Source: the human T2T-CHM13v2.0 reference genome, Homo sapiens
Assembly (NCBI RefSeq): GCF_009914755.1
Contig: NC_060947.1
Length of the DNA stretch: 64,000 bases
Direction: 5' to 3' (one strand)
In this document: in pieces, positions 23,776-35,910 of the stretch
How the letters are laid out: each line of letters starts with the position of its first letter
Position numbering within the stretch: the stretch's first letter is position 1
Translations under genes and position numbers: made by a program
Notes under the pieces: model-generated
Databases searched by the model: none
Seen by the model: the letters and a program-made list of their open reading frames with translations, nothing else
Told to the model about the DNA's origin: nothing

Positions 23776-26700
23776 TCAGCCATACATGGACCGACCAGCC
23801 TCCAGTGTGGTCGGAGCAGGGCAGTCGTCCTTCTCTGACGCACCTTGGTCTTTCTGCAAGATCAGTCCAGCTGGATTATCTGGATCTTGCTTACTTGTCC
23901 ACCAGTCTGGAGCTGGGGCTGCAGGTTTCAGCAGGCTATGATGAACCCAAGGTGTGATACCTGCAACTTTAACAGTGGTAGGGGTAGACATGATTGTTGT
24001 GGGAAGTCAGGAACCCCGAATGGAGGGACTGGCTGAAGCCATGGCAGAAGAACATGGATTGTGAAGATTTCATGGACATTTATTAGTTCCCCAAATTAAT
24101 ACTTTTATAATTTCTTACGCCTGTCTTTACTGCAATCTCTGAACATAAATTGCTAAGATTTCATGGACACTTATCACTTCCCCAATCAATACCCTTGTGA
24201 TTTCCTATGCCTATCTTTACTTTAGTCTCTTAATCCCATCATCTTCGTAAACTGAGGAGGATGTATGTCACCTCAGGACCCTGTGATGATTGCTTTAACT
24301 GCACAAATTGTTTGTAGAGCATGTGTGTTTAAACAATATAAAATCTGGGCACCTTGAAAAAAGAACAGGATAACAGCAATGTTCAGGGAACAAGAGAGAT
24401 AACCTTAAACTCTGACTGCCGGTGAGCCGGGCAGAACAGAGCCATATTTCTCTTCTTTCAAAAGCAAATGGGAGAAATATCACTGAATTCTTTTTCTCAG
24501 CAAGGAACATCCCTGAGAAAGAGAACGCATCCCTGAGGGTAGGCCTCTAAAATGGCCGCTTCAGGGGGCGGCCATCTTTTATGGTCGAAGCTGTAGGGAT
24601 GAAATAAGCCCCAGTCTCCTGTAGCGCTCCCAGGCTTATTAGGACGAGGAAATTCCCACCTAATAAATTTTGGTCAGACCGGTTGTCTGCTCTCAAACCC
24701 TGGCTCCTGATAAGATGTTATCAATGACAACGCGTGCCCAAAACTTCATTAGCAATTTTAATTTCGCCCTGGTCCTGTGGTCCTGTGACCTCGCCTTGTA
24801 CACTCCCTCCCCTTTTGAAAATCACTAATAAAAACTTGCTGGTTTTACGGCTCAGGGGGCATCATGGAACCGGCTGACATGTGATGTGTCCCCCGGACAC
24901 CCAGCTTTAAAATTTCTCTCTTTTGTACTCTGTCCCTTTATTTCTCTCTTTTGTACTCTGTCCCTTTATTTCTCAGACCGGCTGACACTTAGGGAAAATA
25001 GAAAAGAAACTACGTGAAATATTGGGGGTGAATTTCGCCTGATATCTGGCTGAATTTCCCCCGATACATGATCACAACATGGGGGCCATCCCATAAAGGC
25101 CTGAGGGTGATGGGGTTCCAACGTTTAACCCATACAGAGTCTCTGGGTTGAAAGGGTTGTACTGCATCTGTAAGACTAACAGGTATTCTCTGTCTTACCC
25201 ACCCTTGTACTTCTTGCATTACTTCACCTAATGCCTGCATTTGTCTCCTTAGAGTTAGTTCTCCTATTTCTTTTAAATCTCCTCTTATTTGAGCTATGAG
25301 TTGGGGTGGTCGGCCATACACTATCTCATAGGGTGAATACCCAGTTAATTTAGTGGGGGTACACCTGACTCAGAGAAGGACCATTGGCAACACCTGATCC
25401 CACCTTAAATGAGTTTCCTGGCAAAACTTCTTCCACAGTTGTTTCAGTGTTTGGTTCATCCTTTCAACTTTTCTGGAACTCTGTGGATGATAGGCAGTAC
25501 GCAGCTTCCGTTTAACATTTGGGTTAACTGCTGCACTACTTCTGCCACAAAGGCTGGTCTGTTATCTGAGCCTAAAGTTAGTGGCAGTCTAAATCTAGGA
25601 ATAATGTCTTTTAGTAGTATCCTGGTTACTTCTCGAGCCTTCTCTGTTCTGGTGGGAAATGCTTCAACCCACCTTCAAAAGGTGCAGACTAACACTAACA
25701 TGTACTGATAGTCTCCAGCCCAAGGCAGCTGGGTAAATTCTACAAGCAGGTTTTCACATGGCAACTGCTCCTGTTTCTTGAATTCCTGGGGGCCGAGTGG
25801 GCCCTTGTCTGGGGTTATTTTGAGCACATATGACACATTGCTCGCAGATGGCTCCTGTGACGGCAGTCAGGTGTGGTACAAAGAAGTATCACCCTACAAG
25901 AGTTTCTAAGGCTGTCTTCCTTATCTGTGTTCCTTGGTGAAGTTGCTTTATAAGTCGAGGGGCGACGGCTTCTGGGATGGCAAGCCTCCCGTCTGAAAAC
26001 TTCCACCAGCCTCCTTTCTTTGATAATCCCCGTTTTCCTGTGCGAACCATGCCTTTTCACTGGAGGTGTAGTTAGGAGTTTCTGCAAGGGGAGGTTCTAA
26101 TAAGGGCATGACATAAGTCTCTCTTTTTTCTGTCATTTTTGTTATTGCAGCCCTTTTTGCTTCCCTGTCTACTTTCCTGTTTCCTGTAGCCTCATTACTT
26201 CCTCCTGTTTGATGTCCATTACAATGAATTAATGCTACTTTCTTTGGAGTCCATACTGCCTCTAGGAGCTGCTCTATTTCTTTTTTGTTCTTTATTTCTT
26301 TCCCTTCAGTAGTTAACAGTCCTTTCTCCTTGTAGATGGCTCCATGAGCATGCAAGGTAGCAAAGGCATATTTTGAGTCAGTATAGATATTCACTGACTT
26401 TCCTTTTGCTAGAAGTAGCGCTCTTATGAGAGCTATTAGTTCTGCCTTCTGTGCAGAGGTTCCTACTGGTAAAGGGCAGGCCTCAGCGACTGAGTTCAGT
26501 GTGGCTACTGCATATCCAGCCTTTCTGATACCTTCGGATATGAAGCTACTTCCATCAGTAAAATACTCTATGTCTGGGTCCTTTAGGGGCTGGTCTTTTA
26601 GGTCTTTCCGGCTTGAAAAGACTTCATCTACTGTTTCTACACAGCAATGATACCCTGGGGCACATAACGGGGGCTTCCCATGCTCTGCATATTCTATTGG

Positions 26701-28537
26701 CAGAAGTGTAGCCAGATTTAGGGTGTTTACAGTCTCTAAGGTGATGTATGGATTTTCACACAGGAGCCATTGGTATCTCAGCATTCTAGGGTTAGAGAGC
26801 CAACGATGTCCTCCTCTCTGTTCCATCAGGGTGACAACTGTATGGGGCACCTGAATTATCAACTTCTGTCCAAAAGTGAGCTTGTTAGCATCCTCAGCTA
26901 ACAGAGCAGTGACAGCCAGCACCTTGAAACGGGGCGGCCATCCTGTGGCCACCCAGTCCAGTTGCTTGGACAGATATGCTACAGGTAGATACCATGACCC
27001 TAACATTTGCACCAAGACTCCTGTGGCCATCTCCTTTCTTTCATGAACATACAGATAAAAGGGCTTTGTCAAGTCTGGCAACCCGAGTGCCAGAGCTTGA
27101 ATTAAAGCTTTCTTGATTTCCTTGAAGGCCATGTCCTGTTCTTTTCCCCAAAGGAGGGGCTCCTTTATCCCCACTTTGGTAGCCTCATATAAAGGTTTTG
27201 CTAAGAGCAAGTAGTTGGGGATCCATATACGGCAGAAACCAGCCACCCCAAGGAACTCCCGTACATGCCAGTGTCGTGTCTGGCCAAGGAATGCTACACA
27301 CAGTCTCTTTTCGCTCTCGCACAAGCTCACGCCGCCCTTGGGGAATAGGAAAACCAAGGTACTGAACTCCTTGGCCACAGATATGTGCCTTTTTCTTAGA
27401 CACTTTATAGCCAGCCTCCCACAACACTCAAAGGAGATTCTCTGTCCCTTCGATACATTCCTTTCTAGTGGGTGCGGCCAACAATAAATAGTCAATATAT
27501 TGCAGTAAGATACACCGGTCACTAGGTGGCGTGAAAGCCTTCAAGTCTGAGACAAGCCCTTCCTCAAAGATAGGGGAGTTCTTAAATCCTTGGGGAAGTC
27601 TAGTCCAGGTATACTGAGGTGGTCCCCACTCAAAAGCAAAGATGTCTCAGCTCATAGGGGCTAACTGAATGCAAAAGAATGCATCTTTTATGTCCAGGCA
27701 TGTGAACCAAGCAGCACTAGCAGGCATTTGTCCAAGCATAGTATACGGGTTAAGTACAACAGCATGCTGTGTAGCCGCCACCTTGTTGACTGCCTTTCAG
27801 TCTTGTACAGGTTGGTAGTCACCAGACGGTTTTAACACTGGCAGCAAGGGGGTATTCCAGGAGGAGGTACATTCTTCTATTATCCAGAACTCAAGGAGTC
27901 TTTTTAAATGTTTTTCAATTCCCCAATAGGCCTCCATGGGAATGAGATATTGGCGAATCCGCACTGGATAGGTTCTGCGCAGTAACTCTACTACCGCAGG
28001 TGCTCTATTCACTGCTAGCCCGGTGGGGTTGTCCTCTGCCCAGACACCTGGCAATTTAAGGAGCAGATCTGTAAACAGTTTTTCTCCTTTAGCTACAGTG
28101 TATCTCTTTCCACATTCTTGACAATTGCTTTCGTAAAGCCTCCATTCCTCTGTTTTTTGAATAGTGAGTGTTAATACCATAGCCTCTTTCAGTCCTAGGC
28201 TTAAGGTCATATCTCCACTGGGTGTAAAGGAGATCTGAGCCTGCAACTTGTGTAGCAAGTCTCTTCCTAATAGTGGCACTGGGCAATTTGGCAAAATAAA
28301 AACTTGTGTTGGACTTCTTGGTTCCCAATCATACACCTCCTAGATTTGAAAAAAGGTGTCTTTTCTGTGGTACCTGTGGCTCCGATAATGTTCACATAGT
28401 CCTTTGATAACGGTCCAATTGTCTGAGTCACAACCGAGTGTTCAGCACCTGTATCTATCATCAAGTCTTTTTTGGCCCCCTACTACCATTGAGACCATAG
28501 GCTCCTCGGGGCCCAGTGAAATGGAGCTTGGTCTGTC
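23776..28537 (-). pseudogene. pol: ERV pro-pol (protease, RT, RNase H, integrase), disrupted
   Basis: Protease MIDTGAEHSV (28267-28464); RT pieces (WNTPLLPVLKP; YXDD reads YIDY near 27490); 524-aa ORF 25948-27522 with RNase H motifs FTDGSS, SAQKAELIAL, IYTDSKYAF; integrase C-terminus WDGPHVVIM/STPTTVKVAGITPWVHH split by MER11. Confidence 0.94.
23995..25066 (+). mobile_element. MER11 (HERV-K11/HML-8) solo LTR nested in proviral integrase
   Basis: Starts tgttgtgggaagtcaggaaccccgaatggaggga, ends gaatttcccccgata; 1072 bp; 6-bp target duplication CATGAT (23989-23994, 25067-25072). Confidence 0.92.
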
Positions 28538-30283
28538 TCAGTCCTCAAGATAATCGTTGGCTCCTGCCAGCCCAGTTAGATCCATGTCTGCTCCTATTAT
28601 GTCCTGTTCAGTGGCAGAAGGAGGTCCTATCCAGCCATTCCGTCCCTGGTTGTTGCCTTTATCTTTTCCCTTCTCTGGGCACTCATTTTTCCAATGCCCT
28701 CTTTGCTTGCACCTGGCACATTGATATCTCTCTAGTCTTGGCTGTCCTTCCTGACCTGTCCTGGCCTTCTGGCCTGACCTAGCTTGTTCTCTACCTTGAC
28801 CACATCCTTGACCATGTCCATGCCCTCTTGCAAATCTGGCTTCTCTTTCAACCAAAGCTGCGGCTAAAAACTCTGCCTTCTCCTTTGCCCTACACTTGGC
28901 TTCCCTCTTAGCTTCTTCATCCCAATTCACATAAATCTTGGTTGCCACCTGGATTAACTGGGATATGTTCATACCCTCAAACCTTTCTAATTTCTGCAGC
29001 TTTCGTTTTATGTCATTCTGTGCCTGACTTACGAATGCTGCATTAACCATGCACTGATTCCCTGCTGCTTCCGGATCAAATGGCGTGTAGAGCCGGTAAG
29101 CCTTACAAAGCCTTTCACAGAGCTCACTGGGGCTTTCATCTGGTTTTTAATGGACCTCTGAGACTTTTCCAATGTTTGTTGCTTTTTTCCCTCCAGCTTT
29201 TATTCCTTGTACTAACACTTCTCGATATCTCAACAAGTTCTGCAGTCCTTGAGCCTGATTTGGGTCCCAGCCAGGCTCTATTTCAGTTGGTAAAGCCTGC
29301 TGCGCATACTGCTTAACATTGGCTGTGCCCACAGGGGCATTGCTCTCTAGCCACTGATGAGCCGTTTGTATTACTTGGCAGCATTCGTCTGTATTAAACA
29401 GTGACAGGAAAAGTTGTTTGCAGTCTGCCCAAGTTGGGTTGTGGGTTAGAAGGATGGACTTCATTAGGTCAATGAGAGCCTGGGGCTTCTCCGTATAGGA
29501 GGGAGTATGTTGCTTCCAATTGAAAATGTCAGTAGTGGACAAGGGCTGATAGACATAAATCTGCTCCCCTCCCTGAACTTCATTTTGTGCGTCTAAATAG
29601 ATTTGCCCTCTGGTCTCTTGGAGGGGCATTTGCGTGGCTCGGGCACGTCCGGACCAGAGCCAGCCTGCCCCGTCCTGAAACTCCTCCTTTGATTTATCTG
29701 GCAGTGGTTCCAGTCCTTCCCACTATGGGGAAGTTTGGGGAGTACTCTCTTATGAATCCAACCCTCCAGAGGTGGCTACCGGAGCAGCCTCTTGCCTAAG
29801 CCTCTCCAGAGATGGGTAGATTGGAATGTAGTGGGGTGGAGTTTCCAACTCTTTGGGCGGGGCTTGTAGGACAGGTTTTTCTCATTTTCCTTGCTGCTCC
29901 TTCTCCTGAGACAGCGCTTTGTGGGTTCTACAGTGCCCTGATTTGCATGAGCCACTAAAGTCTTACAATCATCTTCAAAGCAGGCCTGTAGCCATTTTGG
30001 GTGGTTCTGAATTACGCTCAGCCAGGAGTCTATATGTGGAAACTGATCAGGGTGCCCAGGTTGTTCCCCGACTCTGGTTACCACCCAGAACACTCGGCCA
30101 ATTGTTTCCCTATCTATGGTTCCCTCGGCAGTTCCACCCTACATTAAAAGAGGGCCAGTCAATTTCAAAAAGTGTTCTCAGCCTCTGTGGTGTTAACTTC
30201 ATTCCATAATCACCATCAAAGCCTTTCCTAAAGTTCTTCAACATACATTCTGATGGAGCTGGCTTCCATGCATTTCCTCCCAT
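28538..30283 (-). pseudogene. gag: ERV gag, frameshifted
   Basis: ATG at 30283 (MGGNAWKPAPSECMLKNFRKGF, with myristoylation Gly); MA (GHPDQFPHIDSW); CA (YQPLSTTDIFNWKQHTPSYTEKPQ); NC knuckle CARCKQRGHWKNEC; TGA stop in frame with the protease leader, as in gammaretroviral read-through. Confidence 0.93.
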
Positions 30284-30979
30284 TTCTTCCCTTTCGGTGC
30301 ACTTTCACTCTCACTTTCACTCTCAGAGTCACCAGACCAGGTCCTATTATGGGAGGTTCAGATGCTGCTTGGCCAAGTCACAGCCAACTACTGCTGTGAA
30401 GGTATAAACCTGATCCTGTCGGCCTTATGCAGCGACCTAGGTCTGGCTCGTCCCACACTCACTTCCGAGGACACAGTCTGCGCTGAGAGACTTATGCCTC
30501 CCAACATCACTCCCCGCATTGGCCTCTCACAAGACTGTCTCTTTCATGCTTTTTCACACACCTCCCCCTTTCTCCCAAGAACCAGTGTCCTGAGACTGGC
30601 TCATGAACTTTGTTCATGCCCAATGCCAATCTGGGCGTGAGTTTTGTCTGAGTCAACAGGCCCCTCCCGTTGATTGCTCTCTAGAGTAGGACTAATCGCC
30701 GCACCCTGAGAGGTGATCAGGCTCCCCTTCTGTCCTTATGGGACGGGCTTTCCTAGGGCCCAAATATAGCATGGTTCAGTAGTCTGCCTGCATGCTGCTC
30801 CTGTGACTGTCCTGCAACTCCCGAGTCGGTTCCGTTTGCGCTGTCAAGTGAAGGCTTCAAGACACGAGAGAGCCGTTCTCCTTCTGGGTAACTTCACCCA
30901 GTGGCGCCAAGGGTCCCAAATCTCCCGCGTCCTGGGGCTCAAGCCCATAGGTAAAGGAGACAAAAACCTACCATCTCCA

Positions 30980-30997
30980 ATCCCGGATGAGCCCCCA
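30980..30997 (-). promoter_or_regulatory. Primer-binding site, tRNA-Pro
   Basis: TGGGGGCTCATCCGGGAT, one mismatch to the MLV Pro PBS TGGGGGCTCGTCCGGGAT, 4 nt downstream of the 5' LTR. Confidence 0.9.
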
Positions 30998-31001
30998 GAA
31001 A

Positions 31002-31512
31002 TGTTGCAGGACAAATGAGAGATGGGAGAGACAGAACAGAGTTCAGGAGAGCCCTTTATTGTTAAGGTGATCACAGGCTCAGTCGGACTAGGGTCCAGAA
31101 AGTCTGAGCCCTGAACAAAGGGATCAATCACCTTTTAAGTAGTTTGTGGCGGGAGTTACGTGCTGCAGGAAGCGTACTTGTGGAAGCAAGAACAAAGGCA
31201 GTTAATCTTTTTTTTACATTTGTTGCACCACATGTCTTACATCCTTGGGAATACATGTTTTTGTAGCATTTGCTTATCAACCTTGTGACTTCACAGCCGC
31301 GCTAGGGAGGGAAGAAAGAACTCGCTGTGCCTCAAGGAATGTGAAATGATGGAACACAGATAAGCCTCTCTGAGCATAGAGGAGAAATAAGCAGTTAATA
31401 TTCTCTTTCAACCCAGGCCTCTGGGTTGAGGGGCTATATTAAATTCTACCTTTAAGGAAAAGAATAAATTTCTTGACTATTACACTCATAAAATTCATTA
31501 ATTCCCCCTTCA
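31002..31512 (-). repeat. 5' LTR of provirus
   Basis: Direct repeat of 20840-21349; followed by the PBS. Confidence 0.95.
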
Positions 31513-32634
31513 AGAGTACACAGTTTGTATATAGTTGACTACGCAAATAAATATATGTATGTGTATGGGGATGTGCACTGTATTTGTATATTCTATATGC
31601 AGTGAATGCTCTTTAGTAATTTATTTTATCTCCTTTTTTTAAAATGCTGTTGCTGGCTGACAACATTAACCTTATGATCCACCATGGATTAAAAACCAGT
31701 TTAGAAACGACTAAAACCTTTTCAGAGAACATCCTTATGTTGCTATAGAATATATGCAAATACACGTGAGAACCCATTTTTGTCCACCTCCTTAGCAATT
31801 CAGTGTTTTTAGACAAAAAGTTCTTCTTTGATATGGGCCACAAAGACAACAACAAAAGGTACAGTTACTGATGAAATGTTTGTCAGTTATCAGCGTCTGT
31901 TTTGCACAGGTGAAGTCTTACTTGCACAGACAGGAACTCACAGGCAAAAGGGACAAAAAATACACGTGACTTCTTGTCCTCTTGGTATCACATGCAGGCT
32001 TTGCCTGGGCTGCAGCATAGCTGAATGTCATCTATGGCATCCATTCACAGGGGGACCTCCATTTCCCTACTGTGCTCCCATGTTATGGGACAAGCAGGAG
32101 AGTTGCACTGAACATGGTAGGTAGTAAATAATTTGGCCTCAACCACAAAGCAATCTGAGCTCACATGTCAGTGTTTACCCTGTGCCCTGAAACTTGCCAG
32201 CTGCTCAGAATCTGTAGACTTTGTCCCACCCACCAAACATCCTGTGGAAATCTAAGTTTGGTCATAGATTCCCGTGCATGGAAGATGGGAAGCTCTGCTC
32301 ATGTGGGAAATTGAGCCCTCCCACAGGTAGACTGGCTGTGTTGGTCCCAGCTCTGTTTCCTCCCTTAGCAGCTAGAGAGTTGCTAGGGTCATGTATCAGG
32401 CAACTCTTCTCTCTACAGTGTCTTTTATACTTTCTGTTGCAGCCTGTGAGTCACAAGGGCTCCTTCACAGCTTCCCTGATCCCAATCCTATTATGATCCT
32501 TTGAACTCATCCAGCAAGTCTGGAGTTATATTCCATAGGAATGGCAGCAGGAAGCTCAAATTTGACATGAAATTCAAGCCTGCCCTTTGAGCTGGAGTGA
32601 GGCCACTCAGGAATCATTAAAGTCCAGGTCTGTG

Positions 32635-33182
32635 TGTGATGGTTAATATTAAGTGTCGAGTTCATTGGATTGAAGAATGCAAAGTATTGTTCCTGGTTGT
32701 GTCTGAGAGGGTGTTGTCAAAGGAGATTCACATTTGAGTTGGTGCGCTGGGAGAGGCAGATCCACCCTCAATCATGGAGGGTACCATCTAATCAGCTTCC
32801 AGTGTGGGTAGAATAAATCAGGCAGAAGAAGGTGGAAAAGCTAGACTTGCTGAGTATTCCGGCCTTCCACTTTCTCCCATGCTGGATGCTTCCTGCCCTC
32901 TAACATTAGGCTTCAAGTTCATCAGCATCTGGACTCGTGGACTTCCACCAGTCATCTGCCAGGGGCTTTGGAGCCTTCAGCCATAGACTGAAGGCTGCAC
33001 TGTTGGCTTCCCTACTTTTGAGGTTTTGGAACTCGGACTGGCTTCCTTGCACCTCAACTTGCAGATGACCTCTTGTGGGACTTCACCTTGTCATCGTGTG
33101 AGTCAATACTCCTTAATAAACTCCACTTCATATTTACATCTATGCTATTAGTTCTATCCTTCTAGATATCGCTGATACAATA
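32635..33182 (+). mobile_element. MLT2A (HERV-L) solo LTR
   Basis: tgtgatggttaatattaagtgtc...ggattgaag...gtgagtcaatactccttaataaactcc...gataca. Confidence 0.9.
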
Positions 33183-33186
33183 CAGC

Positions 33187-33663
33187 GATATATATATATA
33201 GTATATATACATATACAATATATATAGTATATATACATATACAATATATATAGTATATATACACAATATATAGTATATATACTATATATAATATATTAAT
33301 ATATTATATATATTAATATATTATATATTAATATAATACATTAATATATATTATATATATCGATATATATTATATATATCTATATATATTATATATATAG
33401 ATATATATTATATATATCTATATATATAATATATATCTATATATATTATATATATCTATATATATTATATATATCTATATATATTATATATATCTATATA
33501 TATTATATATATCTATATATATTATATATATCGATATATATTATATATATATATTATATATATCGATATATATTATATATATCTATATATAATATATATC
33601 GATATATATTATATATATCGATATATATTATATATATCGATATATATTATATATATATGTATT

Positions 33664-33732
<69 letters not shown>

Positions 33733-33733
33733 G
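33187..33733. repeat. Long (TA)n-rich low-complexity tract ending in (GA)n
   Basis: About 500 bp of almost pure A/T with recurring tatatatctatatatatta units, then (GA)n, at the tail of an antisense Alu. Confidence 0.95.
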
Positions 33734-34013
33734 AGACGGAGACTTGCTCTGTCACCCAGGCTGGATTACAGTGGCAAGATCCCGGCTCACTGCAATCTCC
33801 GCATCCCGGGTTCAAGTACTTCTCCTGCCTCAGACTCCCTAGCAGCTGGGATTACAGGCACTCATCAGCTCACCAGGTAATTTTTGTATTTGTAGTAGAA
33901 ACGGGGTTTTGGCATGTTGGCCAGGCTGGTCTCGAACTCCTGACCTCAGGTAATCTGCCCCCCTTGACCTCCCAAAGTGCTGGGATTACAGGCATGAGCC
34001 ACCACGCCTGGCC
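33730..34013 (-). mobile_element. Alu (AluS-like)
   Basis: gagacggagacttgctctgtcaccc...atgagccaccacgcctggcc. Confidence 0.93.
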
Positions 34014-34499
34014 TCCCTCACTTTAAAAGACCCACTTTACGCCAATTTCAAAATCAGAATAAATATACCTAAATCCCTTTGACCTCTAACATACTAGTGC
34101 CCCTGTCAAGGTAGTGCTCTCCCTTACGGCATTATGCAAATAATGTCAGCCCTGCCTTATGAACAGGCTACTTGGCTGATACTTGAGGAGTACAGTATAT
34201 GATGCAGATAGTCACCACTGCTGTGCATCATGTCACAGTAGACTGCGCCTAGATCCTGTCATCAATATCTATGAATATTTCTGAACCATAATACACAGTG
34301 TGAATGACCTACAGGTATATTCAGGTAAATCAGTTACCATTCCACAGATTTAAACGTGCAATAACACAATCTTAAAAAAAGTAAACACGTGTGAATATAT
34401 TTAGTCTGCAGAAGAGTTTATTCCATTACATTCATTAGAAGCATGGCAGAAAACTGAAAACCAGAGGAAAAAGTGATTAATCAAAGCATGTATAAAAAT

Positions 34500-34685
34500 T
34501 GGCCAAGGTGTGAGGACCACTTGAGCCCAGGAATTTGAGACCAGCATGGGCAACAGAGTGAGGCCCCCCTCTAAATATAAATTAATTGCCCAGGTGTGGT
34601 GTTCTCATCTCTAGTACCACCCACTTGGGAGGCTGCACCATGAGGATTGTTTAAACCCAGGAGATCGAGACTTTAGTGAGGTATA
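34500..34685 (+). mobile_element. Alu (AluJ-like) fragment
   Basis: ggccaaggtgtgaggaccacttgagcccagg...; inverted paralogue of 16712-16962. Confidence 0.75.
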
Positions 34686-34789
34686 GGACACATCCTCCAT
34701 TAAAGGTGACATGAGACTGTGTGTTCACAATGTTTCTCAATGCATGAGATTGTTTGGGCAAACAAAAACAAAAGCTCTCTTTAGTCTCT

Positions 34790-34804
34790 CTTTCCTTCTT
34801 TCCT

Positions 34805-34864
<60 letters not shown>

Positions 34865-35149
34865 TCATGGAGTTTCACTCTTGTTGCCCAGGCTGGAAAG
34901 CAATGGCGTGATATTGTCTCACTGCAACCTGCACCTCTGGGTTCAAGCGATTCTCCTGCCTCAACCTCCTGAGTAGCTGGGATTACAGACATGTGCCACC
35001 ACCCCCGGCTAATTTTGTATTTTTAGTAGAGATGGAGTTTCTCCATGGTGGTCATGCTGATCTTGAACTCCCGACCTCAGGTGATCTGCCTACCCACCTC
35101 GGCCTCCCAACGTGCTGGGATTTCAGGCATGAGCCACTGCACCCAGCCT
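34790..35149 (-). mobile_element. Alu (AluSp-like) with (TTTC)n tail
   Basis: (TTTC)n at 34790-34866, then atggagtttcactcttgttgcccagg...gcacccagcc. Absent from the paralogous site near 16560. Confidence 0.92.
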
Positions 35150-35169
35150 AGTCCCCTTCTTTCTACTAT

Positions 35170-35910
35170 AAGCACCCCGTGGATGCGGGTATGAGAACAG
35201 CAGGAAAACCATGGCCCACCCTGCAAGTCCTGCAAGTGCCTGACTCAATGGGCATGCCCCTTGCTATGTAAGTTCCCGCTGCCCATGCACCTTGCTGTCT
35301 GCCTTCTGTCCCTGCAGAGCTGTGGAAGGAAACGTCGTGACTCTTTCTTGCCAACTGTGACATAGCAGGTAGGTCTGCAGATCAGTCCTCCCAGAAGTTG
35401 AAGTGTCAGTGAGTGTGAGGGAAAGCAGAGGGCTTCCCATGGGTTGGACCACTTGTTCCATGGCCTCATAGAGGTCGTCATCCTTCAACTAAAAGGCAGC
35501 AACACCGCCATGGCCTTGCTGTTGTGGGGTCCCGGGCAAGGGAGGAAGGAGGGCCGTAGAGGGGAGGAAGGCCAACTAAACATGGAATTAGTTGAAGCAT
35601 GACATTATCTGAGGTATTTCAGTCTCGAAGGCATAAAAAACCACAGAGAAGATGGATTCCAAAGTCCTTAGTGGGGACCTTGGAAGGGGCAGAGGACAGG
35701 GCAGGACCGGAGGAGGAAGGGCAGTGCAGCCCTTAAGGCAAGAGAGGACCTCACTGTGCATGCTCCTCGGGTGCCCACCTCAGTGCACATGTTCACTGGG
35801 CATCTTTCCATCTGCCCCTTTGCCCATATGGTGAACGCTACGGGGTTGTCAGCCTGCAGCTCGGGACCCTGAGGTCTGGATTCTTTCTCCACTACTGAGA
35901 CGCAGCCGGT
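35170..35910 (+). promoter_or_regulatory. XAGE promoter/first-exon region with two tandem exon-1-like modules
   Basis: Module 1 ...catagcag|gtaggtctgcag...gaagttgaagtgtc (near 35369). Module 2 ttctttctccactactgagacgcagccg|gtaggtccacag...ggagttgaagtgtg (35909), matching the XAGE1-type first exon. Confidence 0.62.

Larger units (their letters stand above)
20840..31512 (-). mobile_element. Class I (gammaretrovirus-like) endogenous provirus, HERV1/ERV3-like group; LTR-gag-pro-pol-env-LTR, defective
   Basis: Two ~510-bp LTRs (TGAAGGGGG...GCAACA); 4-bp target duplication AGAG (20836-20839, 31513-31516); tRNA-Pro PBS; polypurine tract AAAGTGGGGAAA; Env similar to ERV3-1. The HERV1 label is from memory and needs a Dfam check. 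Confidence 0.95.

Noticed and set aside
25948-27522. 524-aa pol ORF as an active enzyme
   Set aside because: The N-terminus is frameshifted, the YXDD motif reads YIDY in another frame, and the integrase is broken.
31850-32630. Possible ancient ERVL internal sequence flanking the provirus
   Set aside because: Too degenerate to support without a profile search.
33187-33733. CRISPR-like or coding repeat
   Set aside because: Eukaryotic AT microsatellite without unique spacers; its IY/ER-repeat ORFs are artefacts.
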